From an uncultured delta proteobacterium (lineage in GTDB: Bacteria; Desulfobacterota; Desulfobacteria; Desulfobacterales; B30-G6), in assembly GCA_963744665.1 (NCBI GenBank), contig CAVUUM010000026.1, positions 97,270 through 161,269 on the forward strand: a DNA stretch of 64,000 bases, in the 5' to 3' direction. Below are positions 45,687 through 56,464 of this stretch, piece after piece. Both the position numbers and the translations under genes were made by a program. Below the pieces are notes generated by a model. That model did no database searches. It was not told the origin of the DNA and saw only the letters and a program-made list of their open reading frames with translations. Each line of letters begins with the position of its first letter. Positions within the stretch are counted from its first letter, which is position 1.

Positions 45687-46148
45687 ATGCAATACAGACG
45701 TTTAGGCCGCTCGGGGCTGATGGTTTCAGAATTGACATTGGGCACGATGAATCTTGGTGGGCCCACAGACGAACCCACCTCATTGCTGATGATAGACAAG
45801 GCCCTTGACCACGGCATCAATTTACTGGATTGCGCCAACGTCTATGCAGACCGTATTACAAACGCAGGCATAAAAATAGCTCAAAAGGTCAGCAAGCGGG
45901 CAAAAGAAAATGAATGGTCACCGGCATCACTATCCGTGTCATGGATTTTGCACAAGCCTGCCATCACCTCAGTCATTATCGGCCCTCGCACACCAGAGCA
46001 CCTGGATGATCTTGTCTCGGCCCAGAATATCCACCTGTTACCTGAAGACCTGGCCTGGTTCGACACCCTGGTTCCCCCCGGAACAAATGTTTCCGACCAT
46101 TTCAACACGGCCGGATGGCGACGGCCTATCCAGACTCATATCCATTGA
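45687..46148 (+). pseudogene. Aldo/keto reductase with a large internal deletion
   Basis: The N-terminus (MQYRRLGRSGLMVSELTLGTMNLGG...LDCANVYA) joins directly to the C-terminal end of the fold (SLSVSWILHKPAITSVIIGPRTPEHLDD). The total is 153 aa, against roughly 300+ aa for this family. Confidence 0.6.
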
Positions 46149-46738
46149 CCCACAAACTGTTTCAGCGCTTCATACGGCTGGGCTCCCACCAGACGGCCCG
46201 CCCCATACAAGAAAGTGGGAACGGCCGTAATACCCAGCTGATGTGCACGCTGCCAGTCGGCATCCACAGCTTCTTTATAGGTTCTTTTTTCGATACTTTT
46301 TCTGGCCTCATCCGGGTCCAGGGAGACGGAACTCACGATATCGAGCAGGTTTTTCATCCTGGCAATGTTTTTGCCATCTGCAAAATAGGCCCGAAAAGCA
46401 GCCTGGTGGAAAGCATCTCCCTGGCCCTGATCTTCGGCCCACTTGGCCAGTTCCTGGGCCAAACGACTGTTATAGGTTTTCGTGCGGGCGCCAAAAGGGA
46501 GACCTTCAGCATCGGCAACTGTCTTCATATGCGACAGCGCCTCTGGGATGTTATACGAACGACCGGCAAAAAGTTCCTCCAGGGTTCGCCCCTCTTCCGG
46601 TGTTTCCGGGTGCAATGGAAATGCCAGCCAGCGAATGTTAATATCCATTTCTTTTTTCAGTTTTTCAATACGACCTGTAATGAAGTAACACCACGGTCAG
46701 ATGGTATCCGAGAAGATTTCGAGTGTTGGTTCATTCAT
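46136..46738 (-). CDS. DsbA/FrnE-like thiol:disulfide oxidoreductase with in-frame UGA (candidate selenocysteine) at 46699..46697
   Basis: The listed ORF 46136..46648 extends in frame upstream to the ATG at 46738: MNEPTLEIFSDTI-U-PWCYFITGRIEKLKKEMDINIRW. The UGA replaces the first Cys of the family's CPWC(Y) redox motif. Confidence 0.65.
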
Positions 46739-46896
46739 AATTTCATTCCTTAAATAACATGCATATATGATTTTATCAAACGCGACATTGCCGCTTCAGA
46801 TCGCTCCCGTCTTGTGCTATATACCTATATCGAATTGAAAAGCATCCCATTCACTCTCCAATTCCATGTAGCGCAGCATAAACAATAGAGGAATAT

Positions 46897-47445
46897 ATGA
46901 TCGATACGAGAGCTTGTCAAAAAATTCACACACGCAGCATTGATGTGTCCATCTTAACCTATGCCGAGGATACCATTGTCGTCGAAGGGCATCTGAAAGA
47001 CGATCGATTAATCGACTCCTTTCGTTCCGGCGGTGATGTAATACCACCCGGTGTTGTCCACAACATGATCATCCGTATGAAAGTCCGGGGACCGGAACTC
47101 ATTATTGAAGACATCGACGTGGAAATGCCCACAGTTCCCAACGATGACTGCCTTGAAACACGCCGATCCCTCGAACGCATCAAAGGCATGTCAATTGTGT
47201 CCGGCTTTACCGCAAAAGCCCGAAGCCTTGTGGGAGGTGCCAAAGGCTGCGCCCATCTGATGGCGCTCCTGATGGCCATGGCGCCAGCGGCTGTGCAAGG
47301 TGCCTGGACCGCAGCAACCCGTTTGCCAAACGATTCCCAGGCACTCAAAACCTATTCCATGAAAAGATTGAAAAACACTTGCTATGTCTGGCGCTCTAAC
47401 GGACCGGCATTTGCGAAATACAAGCAGTCATTGGAGATTGATTGA
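46897..47445 (+). CDS. Conserved hypothetical protein (DUF2889-like)
   Basis: 182-aa ORF. GAKGCAHLMALLMAM resembles that family. This is a low-certainty family call. Confidence 0.5.
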   Translation: MIDTRACQKIHTRSIDVSILTYAEDTIVVEGHLKDDRLIDSFRSGGDVIPPGVVHNMIIRMKVRGPELIIEDIDVEMPTVPNDDCLETRRSLERIKGMSIVSGFTAKARSLVGGAKGCAHLMALLMAMAPAAVQGAWTAATRLPNDSQALKTYSMKRLKNTCYVWRSNGPAFAKYKQSLEID

Positions 47446-47542
47446 GATTTGAGATTTCGTGCTTCGTATTTACCAACTCTTCATTGAGGTTTTAGATCAG
47501 AATAGATTCATTTTTATTAAATAGTATCAAGGAGGCATATCC

Positions 47543-48673
47543 ATGGGTCCATTAAACGGCGTTAAAATCATCGAGGTCGGTGGCATCGGACCGGGGCCTT
47601 TCTGCGGTATGATGCTCTCGGACATGGGTGCTGAAATTGTCCGTGTGGAAAGAAAAGGCGGGTTGTCATTGTCTGATCCCAAATACGATCTTTTGACTCG
47701 AAACCGTAAATCCATCTCCATCAACCTCAGAGCGCCGGAAGGTGTCCAGACCCTGCTCAGGATGCTGGAGCAGGTGGATGCGCTCCAGGAAGGGTTTCGC
47801 CCCGGCGTCATGGAAAAGCTGGGTATCGGACCCGATGTCTGTCTGAAAAGAAACCCCAGACTTGTTTACGGCAGAATGACGGGCTGGGGTCAGGAAGGGC
47901 CCCTGGCACGAGCGGCCGGCCACGATATCAACTATATTGCGCTTTCCGGCGCTTTGCACACCATCGGTCGTAAAGATCAAAAGCCTGTGCCACCGTTGAA
48001 TCTTGTGGGAGATTTTGGCGGTGGCGGCATGCTCTTGGCCTTTGGGATGGTCTGCGCATTGTACGAGGCCCAAAACTCAGGACAGGGGCAGGTGGTGGAT
48101 GCTGCCATGACAGACGGTTCCGCCGCACTCATGACCATGATATACGGGCTAAAGGCCGCCGGTCTCTGGGCGGACAAACCGGGAACCAACCTGCTGGACA
48201 CGGGTGCCCATTTCTATGATACCTATGAAACCGCAGACAACAAGTATATCGCCATCGGTGCCATCGAACCCCAGTTTTACGAACTCCTGTTGAAACTCGG
48301 TGAAATCGATGACCCGGATTTTCAGAACCAGCTCGATTTCGCCCGATGGCCTCAGCTGAAGGAAAAACTCTCGCTCGTGTTCAAGACCAAAACCCGGGAA
48401 GCGTGGTGCGAGATCATGGAAGGCAGTGATGTCTGCTTTGCTCCGGTATTGTCCATGTCGGAAGCACCCGAGCACCCTCACAACAAGCATCGAAAAACCT
48501 TTGTCGAAAATGAAGGCGTGTTGCAGCCAGCCCCTGCCCCCCGTTTTTCAAGGACCGAACCCGAGATTAAGAGCCCACCACCCATTCCTGGCCAGGACAC
48601 GGAAACCGTCCTGGCAGCGTTTGGCTTTACCCCCCAGGAGATTGAATCACTCAAGGTTTCCGAAACCATCTGA
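47543..48673 (+). CDS. Family III CoA-transferase / alpha-methylacyl-CoA racemase-like
   Basis: 376-aa ORF with [32 protein letters not shown] and GHDINY. Confidence 0.8.
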   Translation: MGPLNGVKIIEVGGIGPGPFCGMMLSDMGAEIVRVERKGGLSLSDPKYDLLTRNRKSISINLRAPEGVQTLLRMLEQVDALQEGFRPGVMEKLGIGPDVCLKRNPRLVYGRMTGWGQEGPLARAAGHDINYIALSGALHTIGRKDQKPVPPLNLVGDFGGGGMLLAFGMVCALYEAQNSGQGQVVDAAMTDGSAALMTMIYGLKAAGLWADKPGTNLLDTGAHFYDTYETADNKYIAIGAIEPQFYELLLKLGEIDDPDFQNQLDFARWPQLKEKLSLVFKTKTREAWCEIMEGSDVCFAPVLSMSEAPEHPHNKHRKTFVENEGVLQPAPAPRFSRTEPEIKSPPPIPGQDTETVLAAFGFTPQEIESLKVSETI

Positions 48674-48691
48674 CCAGGTTGTGTTGAAACG

Positions 48692-49474
48692 ATGCTGAAG
48701 ACTACCCATACGGATATCGGCAAAAAGCGCCTGGAAACCTGCTGGTATGGACCACCTCCGGATGAAGCCTTGACGCTTGTTTTCCTGCACGAGGGCTTGG
48801 GGTGTGTCGACATGTGGCGCGACTTTCCACGCAGACTGGCTTCGGCCACCGATTGTGGCTTGCTGATATACAGTCGTCTGGGCTATGGCCGATCAGATGC
48901 CTGTTCCCTCCCCAGACCGGTGCGTTTCATGCATGATGAAGGCTTGCATATCCTGCCTGAACTGCTTAGCAGAAACAGGGTTAAGGAATGTATTCTCATC
49001 GGACATTCAGACGGCGGGTCCATTGGAATTATATATGCCGGCGGCACACCGGCCCCGCCCTTGAGAGGCTTGATCACCGAAGCTGCACATGTATTCTGCG
49101 AAGAGATATCCATCCGGTCGATTCGTGAGGCACGGGAGCGGTATGTGGGAGGGAATTTACGCAAAAAACTTGAAAAATACCATGGTCGAAACACCGACTG
49201 TGCCTTCTGGGGCTGGAACAACACCTGGCTTCACCCTGATTTCAAACACTGGAACCTGGAAGAATATCTTCCTAATATTCAGGTCCCCGTGCTGGCAATT
49301 CAAGGGGAAAATGACCCCTACGGTTCACCGGCACAACTCCAAGCAATTGTAACGCAGTCCGCCGGGAAGACAGAATCCCTGATGCTTCCTGAATGCGGTC
49401 ATTCGCCCCATTTCGATCGCAGCGAGGCCACCTTTCAGGCGATGAAAGATTTTATTTTTTCAATCACGGTTTGA
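48692..49474 (+). CDS. Alpha/beta hydrolase
   Basis: 260-aa ORF with nucleophile elbow GHSDGG and C-terminal GHSPH. Confidence 0.75.
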   Translation: MLKTTHTDIGKKRLETCWYGPPPDEALTLVFLHEGLGCVDMWRDFPRRLASATDCGLLIYSRLGYGRSDACSLPRPVRFMHDEGLHILPELLSRNRVKECILIGHSDGGSIGIIYAGGTPAPPLRGLITEAAHVFCEEISIRSIREARERYVGGNLRKKLEKYHGRNTDCAFWGWNNTWLHPDFKHWNLEEYLPNIQVPVLAIQGENDPYGSPAQLQAIVTQSAGKTESLMLPECGHSPHFDRSEATFQAMKDFIFSITV

Positions 49475-49646
49475 TCCCTTTTTCCGAAATCCAGCTTTTG
49501 ACTTCCAAAAAAGGGTACGTGTCAAGGATGCCGAAATAGGGCAGTTTTTTTATTTTCAGCTTTGCGGATGACATCTTCCTGCCCTGTCATAAAAGCGTTG
49601 AACCCAAAATATTTCTGCAAATACTGTTGCAGCATCAAATACCCCT

Positions 49647-50447
49647 CTACTTGCTTTCAACGTTGCTCAATGGATTGATAAAGCTGCACGGCAGCATGGT
49701 GTTACACTTTCCGCACACATGGGTGGATTGAGGCAGGTCTGCATAATAATCAAGCGTATGCAGGTTTTCATTCAACCGATCCCAACACTTCCGGCGATCA
49801 AACCCATTCTCTGTCAGAGCGTTCACCGGGCATCTTTCGATGCATTTGCCACATTTTTTCCCCGCTTTGAGCAGACAGGCCTCTGACGTTCTCATGAGTG
49901 GGTTGTCACCCAGGTCTGCTTCGGTAACCAGGCTGCCAAATCGCCCGCAGACGCCCGCCGGCGTTATCAGCATGAAATGGGATCCAAACCGTCCCAGACC
50001 TGTCAGGTGGCCGAGATGTTTGTGGGACCAGCGCGCCATGAGTCGATTTTCGTCAAAGTTGTGGGTGGCCGGCGTCAACCCGGATGCATAGCCTGCCGCT
50101 TTAAGAAAATCGGCGATGACCTCCCCTGCCCGGTTGATGAGATCGTTGGTTTCAACATAAGCAATCCCCCAGTTCCTGCAGGGCCGGTTGCCTGAACGAT
50201 TCTCTTTGATGAGCTCTTTGACGAAAGGGATAAAAAAAACGATGACCGACCTGGCTGTTTTCAGCAGATCCTGTGGATGCAGATGCTCATCCATGGCAAT
50301 CTCCGTCAAAATGTCAAATCTCTGGTCAACGGGTGCTGAAACCAGTAACGGCTTTCGCCACCACCCCTCATGTTTCAACCGGGATGGTTCCTCTGTTACA
50401 TAGGTTTCCAATAATTGTCTCAATTCTAAAATCGATGGACGATTCAT
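49647..50447 (-). CDS. 4Fe-4S protein, epoxyqueuosine-reductase/reductive-dehalogenase-like
   Basis: ORF with CGKCIERCP. The probable start is MNRPSILEL at 50447. It ends in TAG. Confidence 0.5.
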   Translation of the reverse strand: MNRPSILELRQLLETYVTEEPSRLKHEGWWRKPLLVSAPVDQRFDILTEIAMDEHLHPQDLLKTARSVIVFFIPFVKELIKENRSGNRPCRNWGIAYVETNDLINRAGEVIADFLKAAGYASGLTPATHNFDENRLMARWSHKHLGHLTGLGRFGSHFMLITPAGVCGRFGSLVTEADLGDNPLMRTSEACLLKAGKKCGKCIERCPVNALTENGFDRRKCWDRLNENLHTLDYYADLPQSTHVCGKCNTMLPCSFINPLSNVESK

Positions 50448-50560
50448 TTTTTTCCTCTGATAATTTTCATTCCCCTGTCTCCGTAGCACCCGGTTCTTTA
50501 GTGGCCGGGGTACTGATAGGCTTTTAGCGATTTAGGCTGAAGGCTGTTAGGTGCCTTTTG

Positions 50561-50697
50561 CTGCTCGCCCTCAGCTACCCTCGAACCCTTTATACGCTGG
50601 GACGTCAGGATGCCTGGAGGCTGGGATGCTGCTGTCCGCTCATAGCCGTCAGCTACCCTCCAACCCTTGTATCACCCTCGGACCCTCGAACCCTTCC
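50561..50697 (-). repeat. Intergenic repeat family B, copy 2 (inverted relative to 29776..29896)
   Basis: Its reverse complement reads ggaagggttcgagggtccgagggtgatacaagggttggagggt...agcagcatcccagcctccaggcatc...aagggttcgagggtagctgaggg. Confidence 0.8.
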
Positions 50698-50698
50698 T

Positions 50699-52222
50699 TT
50701 ACTCAACCCCGCTGTCGGGAAGCAGAAAACAGATAACCAGACAAATTAGTGAAATAAACAGGGCAACCCAGAAGACGAACTGAACGCTGGATGCAATGGA
50801 TGACTGAAGCAGATGTCTTGCAGCTTCCGGTAACAGCGCCTGAAATTCCGGACGCAGTAAATTCTCAAAACTTCTTTGGGACTGAGTCAACAATGTCTCG
50901 GGCAGAATCCCCCCAACACCCTTATTCACCAAGCTGTCGATGGTGGTCGTCAGCCTGGACATGAGCAAGCCGCCACAGATACCGATACCCACCGTGCCGC
51001 CAAAGGTTCGCATGAACTGATGAGAAGCGGTCGCAACCCCCAGGTCAGAGGGATCCACGGCATTTTGAACAATCACGAGCGTTGCCAAAGCAACAAAACC
51101 CATGCCGAGACCCACCAGCTGAAATACGAGAAAGCTGAATAGCATGGAAGTTTCTGTATCAAATGTAAGGGATAAACCACAGCCCCCCACCAGACACATG
51201 GCACCCATGACTGCCGCTGTCTTTGCCCCAAGTCGATGCGATATCTGACCGAAGATGATGGAGCCGATGGACCATCCTAGACTCAGGGAGAGCATGGCAA
51301 TACCCACCTGCATGGGGCTCTTGCCCTGGGCACCCTGAATGAAAATAGGTGCAAAGGCAAAAAAAGCAAAAATGGCAAAACTGCTCATAAACACCGAAGC
51401 ATTTCCAATGGCAAAGCCTCGTATTTTAAATAATTCCAGGGAAATGATCGGATCTTCAGCACGCTTTTCACAATGAATGAACCCGATTCCCGCTAAAATA
51501 GTTACCACCAGAAGCGCCATAACCTGCGGGGATCCCCAGGCAAAATCTCTGCCCCCAACCAGAAACAGACTGAGCAATGCCACGATGGATACGGAAAGGG
51601 TCAACACACCAAGCAGGTCCAGAGACACTTTGCTGCGTTTTTCCCTTATCTCCACCAGGAAAAAGGCGATACCCCCTAACGAAAACAGGCCCAAGGGCAC
51701 ATTGATAAAAAAAATCCATCGCCAGGATACATAAGAGACAATGAAACCGCCCAATGTGGGCCCCAGAACACTGGCAATCCCCCAGACCGAACTGGCAAAG
51801 GACATGGTCTTGGTCCGCTGACCTGGCGGCGAGATATCCGCCAGTACGATATAGACCATGGCAAATATTCCGCCGGAACCAACACCCTGAAACACCCTGC
51901 AGACGATCAAAAACATCATGTTGGGCGAAAAGCCGGCCGTGGCAGACGACAGCAGGAAGATGACGATGGAAATCAAAAAAATGTGTTTGTTTTTAAAAAG
52001 ATCGCCCAGCTTCCCAAATACCGGAAGGGAAACAGCCCGTGCCAGAAGATAGGCTGAATAGACCCAGCTGTAGAGATGCAACCCACCGAGCTCTGCAACA
52101 ATCGTCGGCATGGCCGCCGTCATGATCAGGGCATCCATGGCACCCAGAAACAGCGCCAGCAGCGCAGAAAAGATAATCATCGTTCTGTGTTTTGAATCGA
52201 TGATTTCTGAGGGTGAATCCAT
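50699..52222 (-). CDS. MFS transporter, 14-TMS drug:H+ antiporter (DHA2/EmrB-like)
   Basis: 507-aa polytopic ORF with GKLGDLFKNK and typical DHA2 length. Confidence 0.8.
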   Translation of the reverse strand: MDSPSEIIDSKHRTMIIFSALLALFLGAMDALIMTAAMPTIVAELGGLHLYSWVYSAYLLARAVSLPVFGKLGDLFKNKHIFLISIVIFLLSSATAGFSPNMMFLIVCRVFQGVGSGGIFAMVYIVLADISPPGQRTKTMSFASSVWGIASVLGPTLGGFIVSYVSWRWIFFINVPLGLFSLGGIAFFLVEIREKRSKVSLDLLGVLTLSVSIVALLSLFLVGGRDFAWGSPQVMALLVVTILAGIGFIHCEKRAEDPIISLELFKIRGFAIGNASVFMSSFAIFAFFAFAPIFIQGAQGKSPMQVGIAMLSLSLGWSIGSIIFGQISHRLGAKTAAVMGAMCLVGGCGLSLTFDTETSMLFSFLVFQLVGLGMGFVALATLVIVQNAVDPSDLGVATASHQFMRTFGGTVGIGICGGLLMSRLTTTIDSLVNKGVGGILPETLLTQSQRSFENLLRPEFQALLPEAARHLLQSSIASSVQFVFWVALFISLICLVICFLLPDSGVE

Positions 52223-52466
52223 ATAGGGATAACATCCTTCTACGAATAAAATCGTGGGAACAATTTTACGAAACGCGACCTTGTCGCTTCTGAGTTGAAT
52301 AGAAGTGGAAACCTAAATCAAATCTACCAAAACATCAACTGTGAACTCGATTTTGGAGATGTCCCAAGCTCTTTTGATCCAATGCTGTCTATCTTTTCCT
52401 TGCATCCTGGCGGAATCGTACTTAAAATAAAACCGTTCCACGAATAAAATCATAGGATGATGTGGG

Positions 52467-53045
52467 GTGTATATTATGAAGGATAAACCCATAGCTGCAG
52501 GTAAAAGCAGCTTTTCCCTGATCGATTCAAATCAATTCTTCTCTGAAATCGGTTTGACAAAAAACATCACCATGCTGGATGTCGCGTGTGGTATAGGGGC
52601 TTATGCCATGGCGGCTTCTCCTTACGTGGGTTCGTCAGGAAAAATAGTTGCCGTTGACCTCTGGGAAGACGGTATCGATACATTGAAAACCGAGATTCAA
52701 ATCAGCAATATCGACAACATTTTCCCCCATGTTGCCGATGTCAGTCGGCACATACCCATGCCGGATCATTCTGTGGATATATGCCTCATGGCCACCGTGC
52801 TGCACGACCTTGTTCAAGACAACACAGACCAGGGCACCCTGAAAGAGGTGGCAAGAACATTGAAGCCGGACGGCCAGTTGGCCGTGATCGAGTTCAAAAA
52901 GAAAGAAAGCCCGCCGGGGCCTCCCATGAAAATAAGAATTTCACCGGAATCCCTGGAAACATTTCTGCGGCCATTCAAATTACTCCCGGCCAAAACGGTT
53001 GATATGGGTGAGCATCTATATTTGTCAATCTATTATCGGTCTTGA
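52467..53045 (+). CDS. Class I SAM-dependent methyltransferase
   Basis: 192-aa ORF with motif I MLDVACGIGAYA. An alternative ATG start lies at 52476. Confidence 0.75.
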   Translation: MYIMKDKPIAAGKSSFSLIDSNQFFSEIGLTKNITMLDVACGIGAYAMAASPYVGSSGKIVAVDLWEDGIDTLKTEIQISNIDNIFPHVADVSRHIPMPDHSVDICLMATVLHDLVQDNTDQGTLKEVARTLKPDGQLAVIEFKKKESPPGPPMKIRISPESLETFLRPFKLLPAKTVDMGEHLYLSIYYRS

Positions 53046-53049
53046 AATC

Positions 53050-53135
53050 TGAACCGAAACAGCGAGTGCTAACCCCGTAGCTTGCTGCGAGGTTCTTCAA
53101 TCTTCCCCGCTGATAGCAACGGGGAAGATTCAGTT
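53050..53135 (-). repeat. REP/MITE-like repeat family A, copy 4
   Basis: Its reverse complement contains gaagaacctcgcagcaagctacgggg and ctcgctgtttcggttca. An extra hairpin tcttccccg...cggggaaga is also present. Confidence 0.7.
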
Positions 53136-53192
53136 CAGATGTCGTAAAACAAATGTGTGATAGAATGTGTTGGTCGTAAAAGGAGAGTGGAG

Positions 53193-54098
53193 ATGAAAGA
53201 GAATAAAAAGGGAATGGTTTTTGGCTCATTCGTGGGGGATGCGCTGGCATTGGGACCCCACTGGGTCTACAACACGAATGTCATCGACAAAAAGTTCGGT
53301 CGGGTGCAACAGTATTTCGACCCCCTGGTCAGCTACCATGCCGGCAAGAAAAAAGGAGACTTCACCCACTACGGTGATCAAATGCTGTTGCTGCTGGAAT
53401 CGCTGGCAACCGCTTCAGGATTTGATCAGACAAAGTTTGCCGAAGCATGGCAATCTTTTTTCAATGATTACGAGGGATATCGTGACAAAGCCACGCTCGC
53501 CACACGCCAGAATATGACCGAAGGAAACAACATCCTGGAAAGCGGATCATCTTCAGACGACCTGGGTGGTGCCGCCAGGATTGCCCCCATTGTGTACAGG
53601 TATGCCAACGATATGGAATCGGCAATTCAGGCTGCCAGATACCAGACCGCCTTGACTCACAACAACCCATCTGTCCTGGACAGTGCCGCGTTTTTTGTAA
53701 GGCTGGCCCTTCGTGCGCTGGCAGGCGAAAAACCCTCAGAAGCCGTTCCCCATCTGCTGGAGGATTATTTTCAAGACACAGATATTGGGGACACCGTATC
53801 CCTGGGTCTGGCAAGTCAAGACAAGGACACCCGCACCATCATCGCAGCGTTCGGTCAGATGTGCAGTGTAGAGGCTGCCCTTCCAGGTACGATCCACTTG
53901 ATCACCCAATACGAGAATGACTTCAAGGAAGCATTGGTTGAAAACGTCATGGCAGGCGGGGATTCCGCAGCCAGGGGCATGCTCGTGGGCATGGTGCTGG
54001 GTGCGTATCATGGATTCGATGCCCTGCCCAAAGACTGGTTGGACACCCTCAATGCCCGGGATAAAATCGACAAGCTTTTATCCCGAATATCTCAATAG
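53193..54098 (+). CDS. ADP-ribosylglycohydrolase-family protein
   Basis: AAGGAG lies upstream of the ATG at 53193. The N-terminus reads GMVFGSFVGDALALG, and the C-terminal metal-site region is GGDSAARG. It ends in TAG. Confidence 0.75.
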   Translation: MKENKKGMVFGSFVGDALALGPHWVYNTNVIDKKFGRVQQYFDPLVSYHAGKKKGDFTHYGDQMLLLLESLATASGFDQTKFAEAWQSFFNDYEGYRDKATLATRQNMTEGNNILESGSSSDDLGGAARIAPIVYRYANDMESAIQAARYQTALTHNNPSVLDSAAFFVRLALRALAGEKPSEAVPHLLEDYFQDTDIGDTVSLGLASQDKDTRTIIAAFGQMCSVEAALPGTIHLITQYENDFKEALVENVMAGGDSAARGMLVGMVLGAYHGFDALPKDWLDTLNARDKIDKLLSRISQ

Positions 54099-54271
54099 AT
54101 TGGGAAAACATATTGACAATATCTTAAAATCATCAGAAGTTTATTGGGTACCCTGTTAGAGGCCGCTAAAACTGCCATTGATTACGATAATTACTAGAAG
54201 CCATCTCAAAAATTTAAGATAGCTTCTAGCTAACTTCCTAAATCCCTATGTACTGATCAAAGGAGGAATCG

Positions 54272-56155
54272 ATGAACCAAGCACTTTATGGATATTACGG
54301 CAAGCAGCTACGAGTTTCGCTTGATACCGGTGAGATAAAAACAGAAGACATCGACATTGAGATATTGAAAAAGTATATTGGTGGCGTAGGGTACGGAGCC
54401 CGTGTGCTTTACGATGAGCTTGAAAAAGGTATTGATCCGCTTTCTCCAAGCAATAAAATCGTTTTTGCCACCAGCCCTCTGACGGCCAACAAAATACCCG
54501 GCGGGGGCAGTATCATGGTCTGCTTCAAATCGCCGTTGACACACGTCTGGGGGGAATCCAGAAGCGGTGGAAATTTCGGCCCTGACCTTAGAAAAGCCGG
54601 TTATGATGCCCTCATCATTGAGGGCGCTTCAGCTGAGCCGGTCTTTCTTTCTATAAATGACCAAGAAGTTTCCCTTCATCCTGCCGGCCATCTGGAAGAA
54701 TAAAACCGTCACAGAAAAGACTGACTTGATCAGGGAAACTTTGGCTGACACAAAAATTTCCGTGCTGTGTATCGGACCTGGCGGAGAAAAGCAGGTCAAG
54801 TTTGCCACCCTTATGGTAGGTCACCGTGCTGCTGGAAGATGCGGTGGCGGCGCCGTCATGGGATCCAAAAATCTTTTGGGCATCGCCGTCAAAGGTTCAT
54901 GCCAGGCACCAGTGGCAGACCCGGACAAATTGAAAACGGCCATCAAAAACGCCATGGATGTTATCCGAGCCAGCGAAACCGCCGATGGATTCCGCGAGCA
55001 TGGAACAGCTGGTGACATAGGCGGCAATGATGCTGGCGGTGATTGGCCCACGAAAAACTGGCAAGCCAATTCCTGGGGAAAAGGCGAAGAAATATATGAT
55101 GCCTTTTTTAAAAATCATCTGGTCAAAAATAACGGATGCTACCTGGGCTGCCCCATTGCCTGCGGCAGGATCGCCGATGTAAAATCGGGCAAATTTGAAA
55201 CCCCGGCCCATGAAGGCAGCGAGTACGAGTCTCTTTCAGCATTTACGGCCTTCGTGCTGAACGAAAATGTCGAGTCGGCCGTTCACAGTACCTACCTGTG
55301 TAATGAATACGGTATTGATACCATAACTGCGGGTGCCATGATAGCATTTGCAATGGAATGCTATGAAAACGGTATGTTAACAAAGGAGGATGTTTCCGGT
55401 CTGGATCTCAGCTGGGGAAATCCGGATGTCCTGCCCGTATTGGTCAAAATGATGGCTCTCAGGGAGGGCATCGGTAACACGTTGGCCGAAGGCGTTAAAA
55501 AAGCATCCGAGCTGATTGGAAAAGGTTCCGAAGCCTTTGCCGTTCACATAAAAGGTCTTGAAGGGCCGGCCCACGACGCCAGATCTGGCAAGGCCCTGGC
55601 AATAACCTATGGTACTGGCAAACAGAGGCATGTGCCATATCCAGCCCTTGGAGGGCATGGCCTGGGATTCCGGCAAAATGGATTTTGGTTTAATGAAATA
55701 TGGTCTTCCCGACCCTGAAAAGGTAGACAGGTGGGATGAAAAAGGCAAAGGGTAAGGCGTTAAAATGCTGCAGGATGGACTCGTGGTACCCGACATATTG
55801 AATACCTGCAAATTCTTCATGTACGCCGATATTTCGCTAGAACATCTGGCAGATATCTACTCGGCAGCTACGGGATGGGAAACCAGCGGTCAGGATCTGA
55901 TGGCAGTGGGTGAGCGTGTACTCAACCTTCAACGAATGTTCAACATACGCGAGGGCCTGCAGAGAAAAGATGACCGCCTGCCTGAAAGAGCCGCCCAGCA
56001 ACCAGCTTTTGGATTCTACGAAAATGAAACGCGGTGTGCGATCCGAGACTTTGACAGCATGCTGGATGAGTACTATGAAGCCCGGGAATGGGATAGTAAA
56101 ACAGGTGAACCTTCAAAAGAAAAACTTGAAGCAGCTGGGACTCGAGAATCTCTGA
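54272..56155 (+). pseudogene. Tungsten/molybdenum aldehyde:ferredoxin oxidoreductase (AOR family), disrupted
   Basis: AOR-like sequence continues through three reading frames (ORFs 54272.., 54657.., 55765..). I infer frame changes near 54690 (PAGHL|WKNKT), near 55625 (ITYGT|ANRGMCH) and near 56125 (EKLE|LGLENL*). There is also an in-frame TAA at 55753..55755. Confidence 0.75.
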
Positions 56156-56161
56156 TCGCTT

Positions 56162-56399
56162 ATGGAAATCAAGGTATATCTATATACAGTTCTAAAGAAA
56201 TACGGCCAAGGCAAAATAGATGAAAACAATACCGTTCATTTGTCAGAACCCTTGTCCCTCAAGGAATTGTCAGCCTACTTTAATTTTCCGAAAAAACCAG
56301 GAAAAACCTTCCTGGTGAACAATACCCCCCAGCCCGAAGAGTATATTGTGAAAGGATGGTGATAGGATTAAGATCTGGGGTTTTATTTGTGGAGGATAG
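56162..56399 (+). pseudogene. MoaD/ThiS-like small sulfur-carrier protein, frameshifted near the C-terminus
   Basis: The ORF ends ...EEYIVKGW*. A shifted frame continues ...KDGDRIKIWGFICGG* with the canonical terminal Gly-Gly (TAG at 56397..56399). Confidence 0.55.
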
Positions 56400-56464
56400 A
56401 AACAGCGACAACCGGTGTTCACAAAACTCCCCGCCCAAAAGCGGGGAGTTTTTATTGTATTGGA

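Noticed and set aside
49647-50489. The Fe-S protein as a candidate for the missing radical-SAM PylB
   Set aside because: Its Cys pattern is ferredoxin-like (C-x2-C-x3-CP), not the N-terminal CxxxCxxC of radical-SAM enzymes. Its length and sequence do not resemble PylB.
55753-55755. The in-frame TAA in the aldehyde:ferredoxin oxidoreductase as recoding
   Set aside because: No UAA recoding system is evident. The gene also carries several frameshifts.
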